Below are positions 9,318 to 19,839 of a stretch of DNA of 33,061 nucleotides, piece by piece. The notes under the pieces are model-generated. The model made no database searches and was not told where the DNA came from. It was given only the letters and a program-made list of their open reading frames with translations. How positions within the stretch are numbered: the first letter of the stretch is position 1; every line of letters starts with the position of its first letter. The translations under genes were made by a program, and so were the position numbers. Source of the stretch: a virus (taxonomy: Duplodnaviria > Caudoviricetes); IMG/VR virus record IMGVR_UViG_3300032315_000710, positions 1 to 33,061 of that record. One strand, written 5' to 3'.

Positions 9318-11626
9318 CCATCAATGTGATAAAAAGATCAGGAACTAGAGAACCACTAGCACTTGAAAAGTGGCAACACCAAATCACTAAGGTTTGCAAC
9401 GGAACGGCTGATATCAGTCAGTCAATGATTGAAATCAAAGCACATCCAAACTTTTTTGATGGCATTACTTCCAGAGAGATTGACGAAATCACTCTTAGAG
9501 CCATCGTAGACTTGATCGATGTTGAATCAAATCCTGACATTGGTCACACAAACTACCAGTATGTTGCAGGAAAGCAGCGCCTATCCATGCTTAGGAAAGA
9601 CGTTTACGGCAGCTATACTCCGCCGTCGTTGTATGAAATCGTAAAGAAGAACATTTCGGTTGGCCTTTACACTCCTGAACTCTTGGAATGGTATTCCGAA
9701 GATGACTGGAATAAGATGAATGAGATCATCGATCACAGTAAGGATGAAGAATACTCATACGCAGCAATCGAGCAGCTTATTGAAAAATATCTTGTTAAAA
9801 ATAGAGCTACAAAGGAAATATATGAGACTCCTCAAGTTAGGTATATGGTGGCAGCAGCTACAGTCTTCCATGTGGAAGAAACTAGCAAGCGCCTCAAATT
9901 CATTAAAGAATACTACACTGCTGCCAGCGATGGTTTATTTACTCTGGCTACTCCTGTACTTGCTGGTCTCGGGACCCCTACTAAGCAGTTTTCAAGTTGT
10001 GTCCTTATTCGTAGTGACGATGATCTTGATAGTATCTTTGCGTCAGGAGAGATGATGGCCAAATATGCTAGCAAACGTGCTGGCATTGGCTTAGAAATCG
10101 GAAGACTTCGCCCCTTAGGTTCGCCTATTCGCGGCGGAGAGATCATGCATACTGGTATGATTCCGTTTCTAAAGAAGTGGTTCGGTGACTTGCGTTCTTG
10201 CTCACAGGGCGGAATTCGCAATGCGTCAGCTACTGTGTTCTATCCTATCTGGCATCATCAGTTTGATGATTTGATCGTCCTCAAGAACAATCAAGGAACT
10301 GAAGAAACTCGTGTTCGTCATATGGACTACGGTGTCGTCCTGTCAGCTTTGTTTTGGCGCCGCTTTAAGAACAAAGAAAACATAACATTCTTTGATCCAA
10401 ACGAAGTTCCTGACTTGTATGAAGCATTCTATAAGAACATTAAAAAGTTCGAAGAACTCTATGTGAAGTATGAGAAGCGCAAGGATCTTCGCAAGAAGAC
10501 TATGAGTGCCGAAGAAGTATTCAAGAGCGGTATTCTCAAAGAACGCACGGACACAGGTAGAATCTATCTTGTGTTCATTGACAATGTGATGAATCAAGGA
10601 CCGTTTGACCCTGAGTACCATACGATCTATCAAAGTAACCTATGCTGTGAGATTTTACTTCCCACTAAATCTTTCCGCCGTTTGGACGATGAAAATGGCC
10701 GCATTGCCTTGTGTACACTCGGTAGCATGAATTGGGGAGCATTCAGAAATCCAGAAGACATGCGGAGAGCGTGTCGTATCCTGCTTCGCAGCTTGAACAA
10801 TATTCTAGACTATCAGGACTTCTTATCAATTCAATCAAAGCTTTCCAATGATGAGATTCGTCCAATCGGTATCGGCATCACTAACCTTGCATACTGGCAT
10901 GCTAAGCGCGGCTACAGATACGGCGAGCAAGATTCATTGCAAGATGTCAAGACATGGGCGGAACACCAGGCATACTACTTGACGGAAGCGACCGTAGAAC
11001 TTGCTAAGGAGCGCGGCCCGTGCTTGCACTCATCTAAGACTCGATATGGACAGGGTGTATTTCCTTGGGAACTCAGAGCAAACGGCGTCAATGAACTGGC
11101 AAACTTTGCGCCTGATCTAGATTGGGAAACACTGAGAACAGAAATGAAAGAACACGGGGTGCGTAACGCAACTGTCATGGCTATCGCACCAGTTGAATCT
11201 TCATCGGTGGTGATCAACTCTACGAACGGTATCGAAATGCCAATGTCATTGATTTCTGTCAAGGAGTCAAGAGCAGGATCGTTCACCCAGGTAGTTCCTG
11301 AATACCAAAAGTTGAAGAACAAGTATCAGATGATGTGGGACCAAACAGATTGCGCTCCGTATCTCAAGACTGCTGCTGTTTTGGCAGCGTATGTTGATCA
11401 ATCAATCTCAACTAACACATTCTATAATCCTGCACACTTCCCTGATCGCAAAGTACCGACGACGTTGATCGCTAAGAATCTAATGCAGGCTCAGCTTTGG
11501 GGCATTAAAACTTTCTACTACTCTCTTATCAATAAGCAGGGCTCAAAGGAAATAGAAGACGAAGCACCGCTCATGCCCATTGACTTCTTTGAAGAAGATT
11601 CTGATTGTGAGAGTTGTAAGTTATAG
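9314..11626 (+). CDS. nrdA: Ribonucleoside-diphosphate reductase class Ia alpha subunit
   Basis: N-terminal ATP cone (VIKRSG), TPTKQFSSC, CSQGGIRNASA, SNLCCEI active site, KTFYY and C-terminal CESCKL. Confidence 0.97.
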   Translation: MTINVIKRSGTREPLALEKWQHQITKVCNGTADISQSMIEIKAHPNFFDGITSREIDEITLRAIVDLIDVESNPDIGHTNYQYVAGKQRLSMLRKDVYGSYTPPSLYEIVKKNISVGLYTPELLEWYSEDDWNKMNEIIDHSKDEEYSYAAIEQLIEKYLVKNRATKEIYETPQVRYMVAAATVFHVEETSKRLKFIKEYYTAASDGLFTLATPVLAGLGTPTKQFSSCVLIRSDDDLDSIFASGEMMAKYASKRAGIGLEIGRLRPLGSPIRGGEIMHTGMIPFLKKWFGDLRSCSQGGIRNASATVFYPIWHHQFDDLIVLKNNQGTEETRVRHMDYGVVLSALFWRRFKNKENITFFDPNEVPDLYEAFYKNIKKFEELYVKYEKRKDLRKKTMSAEEVFKSGILKERTDTGRIYLVFIDNVMNQGPFDPEYHTIYQSNLCCEILLPTKSFRRLDDENGRIALCTLGSMNWGAFRNPEDMRRACRILLRSLNNILDYQDFLSIQSKLSNDEIRPIGIGITNLAYWHAKRGYRYGEQDSLQDVKTWAEHQAYYLTEATVELAKERGPCLHSSKTRYGQGVFPWELRANGVNELANFAPDLDWETLRTEMKEHGVRNATVMAIAPVESSSVVINSTNGIEMPMSLISVKESRAGSFTQVVPEYQKLKNKYQMMWDQTDCAPYLKTAAVLAAYVDQSISTNTFYNPAHFPDRKVPTTLIAKNLMQAQLWGIKTFYYSLINKQGSKEIEDEAPLMPIDFFEEDSDCESCKL

Positions 11627-11675
11627 TGTTAGAAACAAATTGTAAGATCATATTAGACAGCGGGCATCATTAACC

Positions 11676-12260
11676 ATGCAATTAGTATACATCCACGGTG
11701 CTAGTGCGACTAGCGACAGCTTTAACTATTTAAGAACTAAGCTAGGTGACGGCATTGATATCAACTACGACAGTCGCAACGGATTTGAAAATAATCTTAG
11801 CGATATGCTGGATACCTTGAAGAACGTCAACAACATCGTATTTGTAGCACATAGCTTAGGCGGCATATATGCACTGCATATTGCCAATGCTATACCTAAG
11901 CAGGTAGCAGGTGCTGTCACGTTGAGTACACCGTACGGCGGATCCGAAATAGCAGATATTGCTAAATACTTTTTACCATTCAGCCAATTAATGCGTGACA
12001 TAGGTCCTAATAGTCGGATCATGAGACAAGCTAGTCGGTTTAAAATTCAGCATCCTTGGACTAACATAGTTACAGTAAGGGGGCAAAGTACGTTTATTGT
12101 TCACCCCAACGATGGAGTGGTCACTGTAGAAAGCCAAAAACGACATAAGGGCATGGAATTGGTTGATGTAAACTGTAACCATTTCGAAGTCTTACTATCT
12201 AACACCGTGTCTAACATCATTAAAGAACGTTACAGAATCATAAAGGAATCACGAAAATGA
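11676..12260 (+). CDS. Alpha/beta hydrolase (esterase/lipase-like)
   Basis: YIHG oxyanion motif, AHSLGG nucleophile elbow, STPYGGS, NDGVV acid and NHFEVL His. Confidence 0.85.
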   Translation: MQLVYIHGASATSDSFNYLRTKLGDGIDINYDSRNGFENNLSDMLDTLKNVNNIVFVAHSLGGIYALHIANAIPKQVAGAVTLSTPYGGSEIADIAKYFLPFSQLMRDIGPNSRIMRQASRFKIQHPWTNIVTVRGQSTFIVHPNDGVVTVESQKRHKGMELVDVNCNHFEVLLSNTVSNIIKERYRIIKESRK

Positions 12261-12463
12261 AAAATAGAATTTTAGAAGCGTTGGCAAAGCAGTTTGAAGC
12301 AGGCATTCAAAAGCATCAGCTTAACATTGATATCATGCTTAATAACCCAATGGCAATCCATGAGCATACTGATTACATGGGTGCGATTGAACTTGAGCTT
12401 GCCCGTATTGCAGAATATCAGGATAAACTAGAAGCACTCGGTCAGTTTAGAGCAGATCATTAA
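12257..12463 (+). CDS. Small hypothetical phage protein
   Basis: 68-aa helical ORF with AAGGA SD. Confidence 0.7.
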   Translation: MKNRILEALAKQFEAGIQKHQLNIDIMLNNPMAIHEHTDYMGAIELELARIAEYQDKLEALGQFRADH

Positions 12464-12483
12464 ACTATTAAGGGATTGAGAAA

Positions 12484-13584
12484 ATGAGCAAGGCACAGTA
12501 TAACCTAACGACTAAGACAGACTATCTTAACCGCAAGATGTTTCTTGACCCTGCCGGTCCTGTGACCATTCAGCGTTTTGAAGAAGTCAAGTATAACAAG
12601 CTACAGAAGATTGAACAGACTGCTCGCGGGTTTTTCTGGGTTCCAGAAGAAGTAAATCTTTCTAAAGACGCAAACGATATGAAGGATGCTAGTGAAGCAA
12701 TTGTTCATATCTTTACTAGCAATGTTCTTAGGCAGACTGCACTTGATAGTTTGCAAGGTCGTGCCCCGGCTCAAGTGTTTACCCCGGTATGCTCTATTCC
12801 GGAACTTGAAGCTATCATGAGTAACTGGAGCTTTTTTGAAACGAACATTCATAGCCGCTCGTATTCTCACATCATCCGTAACATCTATAATGTTCCTAAG
12901 GAAGTGTTCAACACGATTCATGATACCAAAGAAATCATTAATATGGCTTCTAGTGTCGGAGAATATTATGATAAGCTACACGCTTTAAATTGCAAAAAAG
13001 AAATTGGAATAGAATTAGGTGAGCAAGAACACATCAATGCAATTTGGCTAGCCCTTCACGCATCATACGCACTTGAGGCGTTTAGATTTATGGTATCGTT
13101 TGCTACATCGCTCGCAATGGTCGAGAACAAGATGTTCATGGGTAACGGTAATATCATCAGCTTGATCCTGCAGGACGAGTTACTGCATAAGGAATGGACT
13201 GCATGGATGATCAACCAAGTTATCAAAGAAGATTCTCGTTTTGCTAAAGCAAAGATCGATTGTGAACCAGAGGTTCTTAGGATTTATCAAGATGTGATTC
13301 GTGAAGAAAAAGAATGGGCAGCGCATCTCTTTAAGAAGGGACCAGTTATCGGACTTAACGAACGCATCATGATTGACTTTGTTGACTACAACGCAGTAGA
13401 TGCGCTTAAGCAGATCGGCATCAAGTATTGGAATCCGGCACCGAAGACCACACCTATCCCGTGGTTCAACAAGCATATGGATACTTCCAAAAAGCAGACA
13501 GCTTTGCAAGAATCAGAATCTACTAACTATGTTATCGGAGTCATGTCCGACGCACTTGACTATGACGAATTACCAGAACTATGA
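12484..13584 (+). CDS. nrdB: Ribonucleotide reductase class Ia beta subunit
   Basis: FFWVPEEV, QTALDS, ETNIHSRSYSHI (radical Tyr), LEAFRF and QDELLH di-metal ligands. Confidence 0.97.
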   Translation: MSKAQYNLTTKTDYLNRKMFLDPAGPVTIQRFEEVKYNKLQKIEQTARGFFWVPEEVNLSKDANDMKDASEAIVHIFTSNVLRQTALDSLQGRAPAQVFTPVCSIPELEAIMSNWSFFETNIHSRSYSHIIRNIYNVPKEVFNTIHDTKEIINMASSVGEYYDKLHALNCKKEIGIELGEQEHINAIWLALHASYALEAFRFMVSFATSLAMVENKMFMGNGNIISLILQDELLHKEWTAWMINQVIKEDSRFAKAKIDCEPEVLRIYQDVIREEKEWAAHLFKKGPVIGLNERIMIDFVDYNAVDALKQIGIKYWNPAPKTTPIPWFNKHMDTSKKQTALQESESTNYVIGVMSDALDYDELPEL

Positions 13585-13733
13585 AAAGTCTTCCGTACAG
13601 TGATCTAAGCAACCGCAACTTAACGAGCAAGAAGCCCAATCGTGAAGAAGCTGAACACAAGAAGGAAGACCGCAAAGAGATTCAAAAGATGCTGGGCTAC
13701 TCTAGAATAAGTAGCTCCTCACCCAAATACTAA
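13581..13733 (+). CDS. 50-aa basic hypothetical protein, absent from the ORF track
   Basis: ATGA-coupled to nrdB: MKSLPYSDLSNRNL...SSSSPKY. Confidence 0.45.
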   Translation: MKSLPYSDLSNRNLTSKKPNREEAEHKKEDRKEIQKMLGYSRISSSSPKY

Positions 13734-13771
13734 TCAATACTAGAACATTAAGATTTATAAGGAGAAACAAA

Positions 13772-14005
13772 ATGAACGCAATTATTTGGTCTAAGGATCA
13801 ATGTCCGTATTGTGTGCAAGCAAAGACACTTCTAACACAGAAGGGTATTGTTTTTGAAGAGCGCAAGATCGGCGTAGGCTATACTAAAGAAGATTTACTA
13901 GAAGCAGTACCTAGTGCCCGAACTGTACCCCAGATTTTCCTCGACGGTGAACTCGTCGGTGGATTTACCGAACTTAGAGCTAAACTGCTAGCCGAAGCAG
14001 CATAA
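13772..14005 (+). CDS. Glutaredoxin
   Basis: CPYC, RTVPQIF, GGF motifs; AAGGAG SD; adjacent to RNR genes. Confidence 0.95.
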   Translation: MNAIIWSKDQCPYCVQAKTLLTQKGIVFEERKIGVGYTKEDLLEAVPSARTVPQIFLDGELVGGFTELRAKLLAEAA

Positions 14006-14015
14006 AGGAAAAACC

Positions 14016-14315
14016 ATGAAGTTAGAAGTCAATTCAGTATACACGTTCAAGCTAAACAGCGGTGAAGAACTAATCAGTAAGGTATTAGGTATCGACGGGG
14101 ATGAGATTCTCATTCACGATCCGCTTTCAGTCGCTCCGGGTCCGCAGGGAATAGGACTCATGCCGGGGCTCTTTACTGTAGAACCCAAGTCTGAGGTAAG
14201 ACTAAATACTAATAATGTTGCTTTCTATGCGTTGACTGATTCTAGTGTCAAGGCAAAGTATATCGAAGCTACGACTGGAATTAAGATTCCTGATAAAAAA
14301 CTTATAATGGGGTAG
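14016..14315 (+). CDS. Conserved phage hypothetical protein (possible Sm-like fold)
   Basis: TFKLNSGEELI motif recalled from T4-like phage proteins; good SD. Confidence 0.6.
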   Translation: MKLEVNSVYTFKLNSGEELISKVLGIDGDEILIHDPLSVAPGPQGIGLMPGLFTVEPKSEVRLNTNNVAFYALTDSSVKAKYIEATTGIKIPDKKLIMG

Positions 14316-14316
14316 T

Positions 14317-14586
14317 ATGGCACAACTTAGTAGAAAAGGCGATCAGAATGATGCAGGCGGGCAGATCGTTAGAGGGGCAGATACCGTCTTTGCTAACGGT
14401 AAACCCATCGGCTTGCATGTGAGTGACATCACTCCTCACCCCAACGGAAGCAAACACAAAGCAGCAAAGACTACTGAGGGTAGTCCAACTGTATTTGCTG
14501 AAGGGGTCGCTGTTCTACGAGTTGGTTCAGGCAACGATTGCGGACACAAGATAAATCAGGGTAGTCCTGATGTGTTTGTACCATAA
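14317..14586 (+). CDS. PAAR-domain baseplate spike tip (T4 gp5.4-like)
   Basis: SRKGD...VFANGKP...H...GSPTVFAEG..V.RVG...CGH.I.QGSPDVF. Confidence 0.9.
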   Translation: MAQLSRKGDQNDAGGQIVRGADTVFANGKPIGLHVSDITPHPNGSKHKAAKTTEGSPTVFAEGVAVLRVGSGNDCGHKINQGSPDVFVP

Positions 14587-14595
14587 GGAAATAGT

Positions 14596-17508
14596 ATGGC
14601 AGACACAGGTAAACAAAGTCCATTAGGTATCAATCTATTAGGCTCTACGCTACAGAACATCGGATTAGGAATAAACAAAGTAGTTGCTGATTATTTAGGT
14701 TCTAGTAAGAACAACGCAACTTATTCGTTTGGGTCAATAGTACAAGGTAGCTCACTTAGACTGCTCACTTGGGCAATTAATGATGGCTATCTCAGAGGCC
14801 CCGGCGACAGTAATAATACACTAACTGACGAAACGTATGACAATCTAATTTCAATCGGTGCTGGTGTCATACCTGCACTAGGAAATTCCGTGTCTGCCAA
14901 ATATGTAGTAGAAGACCCGGCTGGCGTATGGACAACTCAAGCATTAGCATACGCAGCACAAAGGGGCGTGACCCCTGCTCTTCCTGGCCCAGCAAACAGC
15001 GGCTACGGTATTACTGGAAACACTGATAACGGACAGCAAGCAACTTGGTATCCTTACGATACGACAAACCCAAACAAAGCAGTAACGCAGTGGGGATTCT
15101 TGAGGCTCTTTGCTCTACAAGCATGGAACGAATTTAATTATAACACTGCTACCCCGCTACAGACAACCCCGCAGTATAAAGATTTCTTGTCATCATTCAT
15201 GACGTTTAATTCGTTTATGACGAATTCTAATCAAGCAATCTATGCTATAGACAATTCTAATACGTTCATGGAAGGGGCATATAGCAACATGAACGATCTA
15301 ATTAGCGGTGACATCTCCGGTGTCTCGCTGTCTGCTGCTGACTTTGGTGCTGATCTAGAAAACTTAGGGAAAGCACTTGATCTAAAATACATTGCAACAT
15401 TCGGAACGCCGTCAACGCTACTAGCTACAATCGGAAAGAGCGGTGCAATGACGAAGGACTTGGGCCTTGCCTTGCTAGCAGCAGGCTTGTCTAACACTGA
15501 AATTGCAAACATCACAGGCGGTATCGTACCTAATTCCAACGCAGACTTAGAACAAAAAATCTACGGTGCGTTCTTGATCATCACGGGTGAAAACCTAACA
15601 CACGTTCTCGCCCCGTTGCAATGTAAGACCCAAGGGTTAGAAACTCTCGCTGATCTTCTAAACCTGCGAAAGATGTTTCCAATCAGTTATGAATCATTGA
15701 CTGTTCCCGTATACAACGGGACTTTAGGTTTACCTACTAATAGTAAGACATATTATCCTATCTATGTCAACGGCGGAATCAATCTTAACATCGACAGTCC
15801 TGCAATCAAAGAGTATGTAGGTACCATCGTTCCTACCGGAACACCCCCAATCTTTAATAGCACTGTGAGTCCTGCAAACTACCAAGAATTGCCGAAAGGA
15901 TTTGGCTCTTATCTAGCAGGCATCATTCCGGCTGATCAAGCTTTGGCTGCTGGTGCATTCTCTTATTCGATGCGTCAAATCAAAAACATCGACTCGTTGA
16001 ACTTTGAGAAATTTTCTAGAGTCTCTAAGGGCATTGAAAACACGGCTGATCTACCGCTTGTCGCTGGTACAAACAAGCCAACTAATCAAGAAGCGACTGA
16101 CGACAGCAAGAGGATATGTTCATTGGGTTCGGGTCCTGCCGGGTCTTACACGATGAGCGACTTCTTTGGCTCGATGTCGGGACTTCCTTATCCTTGGAAA
16201 AGAATCAGTCAACGTATCACGCAACTTGATACTAGTGCATTAGCTAGTATCTATCAGCAATTATACCTTGCTGTTACATGGGAACCCGCTACTGTTACAG
16301 TGAACTACACTACGTATACGGTCGGACCAGATACTTATTATACGGTAACTGGACTAACCATCAATAACAAGGGCGGCGGCTACGGTAGAGGTGGTGCAGC
16401 CTCTCCTACTATTACTATATCTAACGGAGGTTCCGGTACTACTCAGATTGGAATCAACGATCAAGACGCAATGTCAGACGGCTTCGGTACATATGGTAGA
16501 CTAACATCAGTAGCGTTGACCTCTGCTGGCACAGACTCAACGTCTATTCCTACAGCAACAGTCGAGTGCCCTCCCACTTCAGGATCGGGTGGATCAAATA
16601 CTCCAAGCGGCACTACTGGTTGGAACAACCCAATGAACGCAGTTGTTCAAGGATACATCGACCAAGCAAACGCAGAGATCGCAAGAATTGCAGCAGTTAC
16701 CGCTAACTCAAGCGCCGTGCTACATTTGAATGAATATTGGAATATTCTAGGTATGCAATTGGCAAGAGAACAGCGTTCACGCTATACAGGATTTTCTCCT
16801 GTGAGTGTTCCGATAGACTTGTTTGCAAACCCATACCCGACGAGCATCTACTCTTTCATCGATTCAATGCCTACGTTCTCACAAGACACCAAACCGCACG
16901 GAGCAGTACAAACTATTGAAGCTATATCTGATATGGACTTAGTGGGCGGTCAAAGTGCAGTTGCTATGATGCGCCAAGAACGCAATCAATCTAGATTGCA
17001 AAAGTTGGGCATAGACCCTGATAATAATATTCCTGATGCTCCCTCACCGAGTCTTGTTAAGACATTACTAGCTAACGGAACTGTTCCGGGAGCAGTTGGT
17101 GGCATTGCCGGCATTGCTTGTCCAGACAACGGAGAGTATACACTTCCTGCATGGTCTACTAATACGATGGATGGTGAAGAAATTGTTCCTGAACCGGAAG
17201 GGCTATACGTAGCACCTATTGGATTCCAACAGACAGCAGGATTAAACAACGGAGACATCACGCCTATCCTAGCGTGTGATCCAAACCCTGTTGTTGCGTT
17301 GCTTGTTCCTGCAGGACCTGCAATCGTTCCGGAAAGCCGCACAGATAGTGTTGTGATCATTGCACCTCCTTCAGAATATAATCCGGCTAATTTACCACCA
17401 AACTTGGATCCAAACTATATCAGCAGTACCGTGCTACCGTCTACGTTGAGCATACAGAAAGCAATTGATCATGTGGTCGACTGCAACTGCGATTGCTGGG
17501 TGCAGTAA
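14596..17508 (+). CDS. 970-aa probable virion structural protein
   Basis: Follows PAAR gene; contains a TINNKGGGY...PTITISNGGSG repeat typical of phage baseplate/tail proteins; Pro-rich tail ending CNCDCWVQ. Confidence 0.6.
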   Translation: MADTGKQSPLGINLLGSTLQNIGLGINKVVADYLGSSKNNATYSFGSIVQGSSLRLLTWAINDGYLRGPGDSNNTLTDETYDNLISIGAGVIPALGNSVSAKYVVEDPAGVWTTQALAYAAQRGVTPALPGPANSGYGITGNTDNGQQATWYPYDTTNPNKAVTQWGFLRLFALQAWNEFNYNTATPLQTTPQYKDFLSSFMTFNSFMTNSNQAIYAIDNSNTFMEGAYSNMNDLISGDISGVSLSAADFGADLENLGKALDLKYIATFGTPSTLLATIGKSGAMTKDLGLALLAAGLSNTEIANITGGIVPNSNADLEQKIYGAFLIITGENLTHVLAPLQCKTQGLETLADLLNLRKMFPISYESLTVPVYNGTLGLPTNSKTYYPIYVNGGINLNIDSPAIKEYVGTIVPTGTPPIFNSTVSPANYQELPKGFGSYLAGIIPADQALAAGAFSYSMRQIKNIDSLNFEKFSRVSKGIENTADLPLVAGTNKPTNQEATDDSKRICSLGSGPAGSYTMSDFFGSMSGLPYPWKRISQRITQLDTSALASIYQQLYLAVTWEPATVTVNYTTYTVGPDTYYTVTGLTINNKGGGYGRGGAASPTITISNGGSGTTQIGINDQDAMSDGFGTYGRLTSVALTSAGTDSTSIPTATVECPPTSGSGGSNTPSGTTGWNNPMNAVVQGYIDQANAEIARIAAVTANSSAVLHLNEYWNILGMQLAREQRSRYTGFSPVSVPIDLFANPYPTSIYSFIDSMPTFSQDTKPHGAVQTIEAISDMDLVGGQSAVAMMRQERNQSRLQKLGIDPDNNIPDAPSPSLVKTLLANGTVPGAVGGIAGIACPDNGEYTLPAWSTNTMDGEEIVPEPEGLYVAPIGFQQTAGLNNGDITPILACDPNPVVALLVPAGPAIVPESRTDSVVIIAPPSEYNPANLPPNLDPNYISSTVLPSTLSIQKAIDHVVDCNCDCWVQ

Positions 17509-17530
17509 AAACTTTTTAGTAATTTTTCGG

Positions 17531-17559
17531 TTGACAACGGGTACGCCTTTTGCTACACA
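17531..17559 (+). promoter_or_regulatory. Sigma70-type early promoter
   Basis: TTTTTCGG-TTGACA-N17-TACACA (GC before -10); ATG 6 nt after -10. Confidence 0.7.
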
Positions 17560-17565
17560 TGAATC

Positions 17566-17865
17566 ATGGACAGCAAGAAAGAAAAAACAATGTGGGCACT
17601 CGCACAAGTTCTTGATAGTTTTTCCGATCTTCCCAACGAGCGTTTTCACACCTTTGCTGTGAAGTATGAAGGTGAAGTCGTAGGGGAACTCAAGTTTGAT
17701 CGCGGTCGCTGGAAGTCAGCAGGCGGTCCTGCTTGGAAGGGAACTCTGTTCAAGACTGCACTTCATGGACGCACTGATTCATCTGGATGCGTCGGTGCTG
17801 TTTATTACAGTAAAGATAAGCGCAAGGTGCTTGACTGGTTCAAGACGGGTACCGCGTCCTCCTAA
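17566..17865 (+). CDS. Hypothetical early protein
   Basis: ORF directly after promoter; start could also be the internal ATG at 17590. Confidence 0.65.
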   Translation: MDSKKEKTMWALAQVLDSFSDLPNERFHTFAVKYEGEVVGELKFDRGRWKSAGGPAWKGTLFKTALHGRTDSSGCVGAVYYSKDKRKVLDWFKTGTASS

Positions 17866-17896
17866 GAAATTATAAGTCATCAATAAGGAAAGACCT

Positions 17897-18166
17897 ATGA
17901 AAAAGATTTTGATTGCTGCAATTGCTGTATCTCTTGTCGCTGTGGGCGTGGTTTCAGCCGGCCCAAGTGAACGTCACTGGAAGGGCTATATTAGCCGCTC
18001 TGAACACTATTCACCTCGTTCTCATTCCCGTCAGGTAGAGATTTTCGAAGATCGTAACGGGTGTCAATATCTTGTAGTCACTAGTACTTCGTCGAACGGA
18101 TCGGCCGACAGCGTTAGTATTACCCCGCGGATTAACTCTGCTACCCTTCAACCGCATTGCAACTAG
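17897..18166 (+). CDS. Secreted/signal-peptide hypothetical protein
   Basis: MKKILIAAIAVSLVAVGVVSA signal peptide; D.NGCQYL...ITPRI motif; AAGGA SD. Confidence 0.7.
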   Translation: MKKILIAAIAVSLVAVGVVSAGPSERHWKGYISRSEHYSPRSHSRQVEIFEDRNGCQYLVVTSTSSNGSADSVSITPRINSATLQPHCN

Positions 18167-18176
18167 GAGAATAAAA

Positions 18177-18449
18177 ATGCGTGAACAACTCGGCGTTATG
18201 ATTTCAGCGACCTACAACCTGATTTCGGATAGCGCGAACGATGGTGAAGGCCAGCAAGGCAGCATCAAGGCAGATTTCGGTGTGAACAGGATTCCGACGC
18301 TGGAAGAGGTCCAAGCTTCACTGGACAACGCGATCAAGGTTTTCAACGACACTCTGGGCGTTGATGATACCCGTCTGATCAACATGCGCGATTTCGGTTT
18401 TGCCGAACCTCGTTCGATGCAATGGCCTCCGATTGAGAGTGAAGCCTAA
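18177..18449 (+). CDS. Hypothetical protein
   Basis: AGGAG SD, 90 aa. Confidence 0.7.
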   Translation: MREQLGVMISATYNLISDSANDGEGQQGSIKADFGVNRIPTLEEVQASLDNAIKVFNDTLGVDDTRLINMRDFGFAEPRSMQWPPIESEA

Positions 18450-18598
18450 TGGCTAAGATTATCGGGTCTATAGGGCTGGCCTTTACGCCGCTCGTGGTCT
18501 ATGCCTCTTATGAGGCTGATTCGTTCTGGCTGTTTTGTGTAGCAGCATGGGTTGCATTGGCCAGCATTCTTCTAGCTTTTACTAAGGAAACAAAATGA
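18449..18598 (+). CDS. 49-aa two-helix membrane protein, absent from the ORF track
   Basis: MAKIIGSIGLAFTPLVVYASYEADSFWLFCVAAWVALASILLAFTKETK; coupled at both ends. Confidence 0.6.
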   Translation: MAKIIGSIGLAFTPLVVYASYEADSFWLFCVAAWVALASILLAFTKETK

Positions 18599-18780
18599 TT
18601 AAATATCGTGTTGTTGAATCTTGCGAGGGATATGAGCCTTACTCGAAAGAGTTTACTAGCGAGACACTGGCAAGAGCTTTTTTTGAGGATCGTTTTAGGC
18701 TAGTGAAGGCTCACAACGGTAAGGTTGAGCTTTTTGAAGTTCAATGGAACGTGATCGACTTTTTTGTGAGCAACCGATGA
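18595..18780 (+). CDS. Hypothetical protein
   Basis: AAGGA SD; ATGA coupling. Confidence 0.65.
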   Translation: MIKYRVVESCEGYEPYSKEFTSETLARAFFEDRFRLVKAHNGKVELFEVQWNVIDFFVSNR

Positions 18781-18965
18781 AAAAGGATTGGATTAAATAC
18801 CCGATTTACTTTGTTGGGTTCATCCTGATGTGCCTTCTTATTGTTATTCTGTCTAGCTCTAACAACGCAGCCAAGAAAGAGCGTTGCGAGGCACAAGGCG
18901 GAACTTTCATTGAGAACGAGTTTCAGTCTGATCGTTCGATGTGTGTTTATGGGAAGTTGGGATAA
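18777..18965 (+). CDS. Small single-pass membrane protein with Cys pair
   Basis: Start at coupled ATG 18777; hydrophobic helix then C-x-x-x-GG...C. Confidence 0.65.
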   Translation: MKKDWIKYPIYFVGFILMCLLIVILSSSNNAAKKERCEAQGGTFIENEFQSDRSMCVYGKLG

Positions 18966-19210
18966 TGGCTAGAACTATATTCGGCAAAGTGTTTCGCGCT
19001 CTAGCAATGACGCGAGAATATAAAGATGGGAACACTTTTGGCTTCGTCTGGCGGTGGTGGAATCCCCTTGTGTATTTGGCAATTCCGCCCATTATCCTGT
19101 TTTGTATTTTGTTTGCAGGTATTCCCGAAACTTTCCGTCGCCCCCACGACTTAGGCTTCGGGGTAAACCCTTATTTCAAGCGGAAAAATATTCCTTTAGA
19201 ATGGGTCTGA
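18965..19210 (+). CDS. Small membrane protein
   Basis: TAATG-coupled start; WRWWNPL plus a hydrophobic helix. Confidence 0.65.
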   Translation: MARTIFGKVFRALAMTREYKDGNTFGFVWRWWNPLVYLAIPPIILFCILFAGIPETFRRPHDLGFGVNPYFKRKNIPLEWV

Positions 19211-19288
19211 CAAGGCACGAACCTCTACCCTTAATTAAGTGTACTGCCAGTCGATTGATAAATACGTATAACGAGGAAAGTGTGGTTT

Positions 19289-19708
19289 ATGAGTCTGGAT
19301 CTTTGGAAGACTGATGCAGAGATTAAAGAAGAAAATCTAAAAAATCTCGAATGGCAGAAGAACAATTTAGAGTACGATCTTCTGTCCACTGATTGGATCT
19401 TGGAGAAAGTACGCAACTCTGATACTTACGCACAGAATCTCTATGCGGCTCTGTGTAACAACGACTTCATCAAGAATGAGGTTTGGCCTATTCTAAAAGA
19501 AGATACTTGGGGTTGTACTTGGCGTTATGCAGGCGGTATAATTGCTGACATACAGGAAAAGGGCGACTATATGGACTGGTATTGTTCCGGCATTGGCCCC
19601 TCGGATTCTTCCAAAGAATATGTTACTGAAAGCATAGTAACCGACGAAATAAAAGACGACCTATTGAAGTTGGGTTGGCTAGTTAGGAAATATAATGAAT
19701 CTGAATAA
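19289..19708 (+). CDS. Conserved phage hypothetical protein
   Basis: YAQNLYAALCNN...W.CTWRYAGG..A...GDYMDWYCSG; upstream TAAATA and GAGG. Confidence 0.75.
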   Translation: MSLDLWKTDAEIKEENLKNLEWQKNNLEYDLLSTDWILEKVRNSDTYAQNLYAALCNNDFIKNEVWPILKEDTWGCTWRYAGGIIADIQEKGDYMDWYCSGIGPSDSSKEYVTESIVTDEIKDDLLKLGWLVRKYNESE

Positions 19709-19839
19709 TTTAGGAACAGGAAAGAGGCTCGTGCAGCATGTTCTTTCTAGCGCAAACGTAAAGAACTGGTCAAGAGTTCATCAGCAGAAGTCAACTGAGC
19801 AGACAAAAAACCCGCTCAATCCTGAGTTTGTAAAAAAGA

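Noticed and set aside
9314-13584. Introns or inteins in nrdA/nrdB
   Set aside because: Both ORFs are continuous and of normal length
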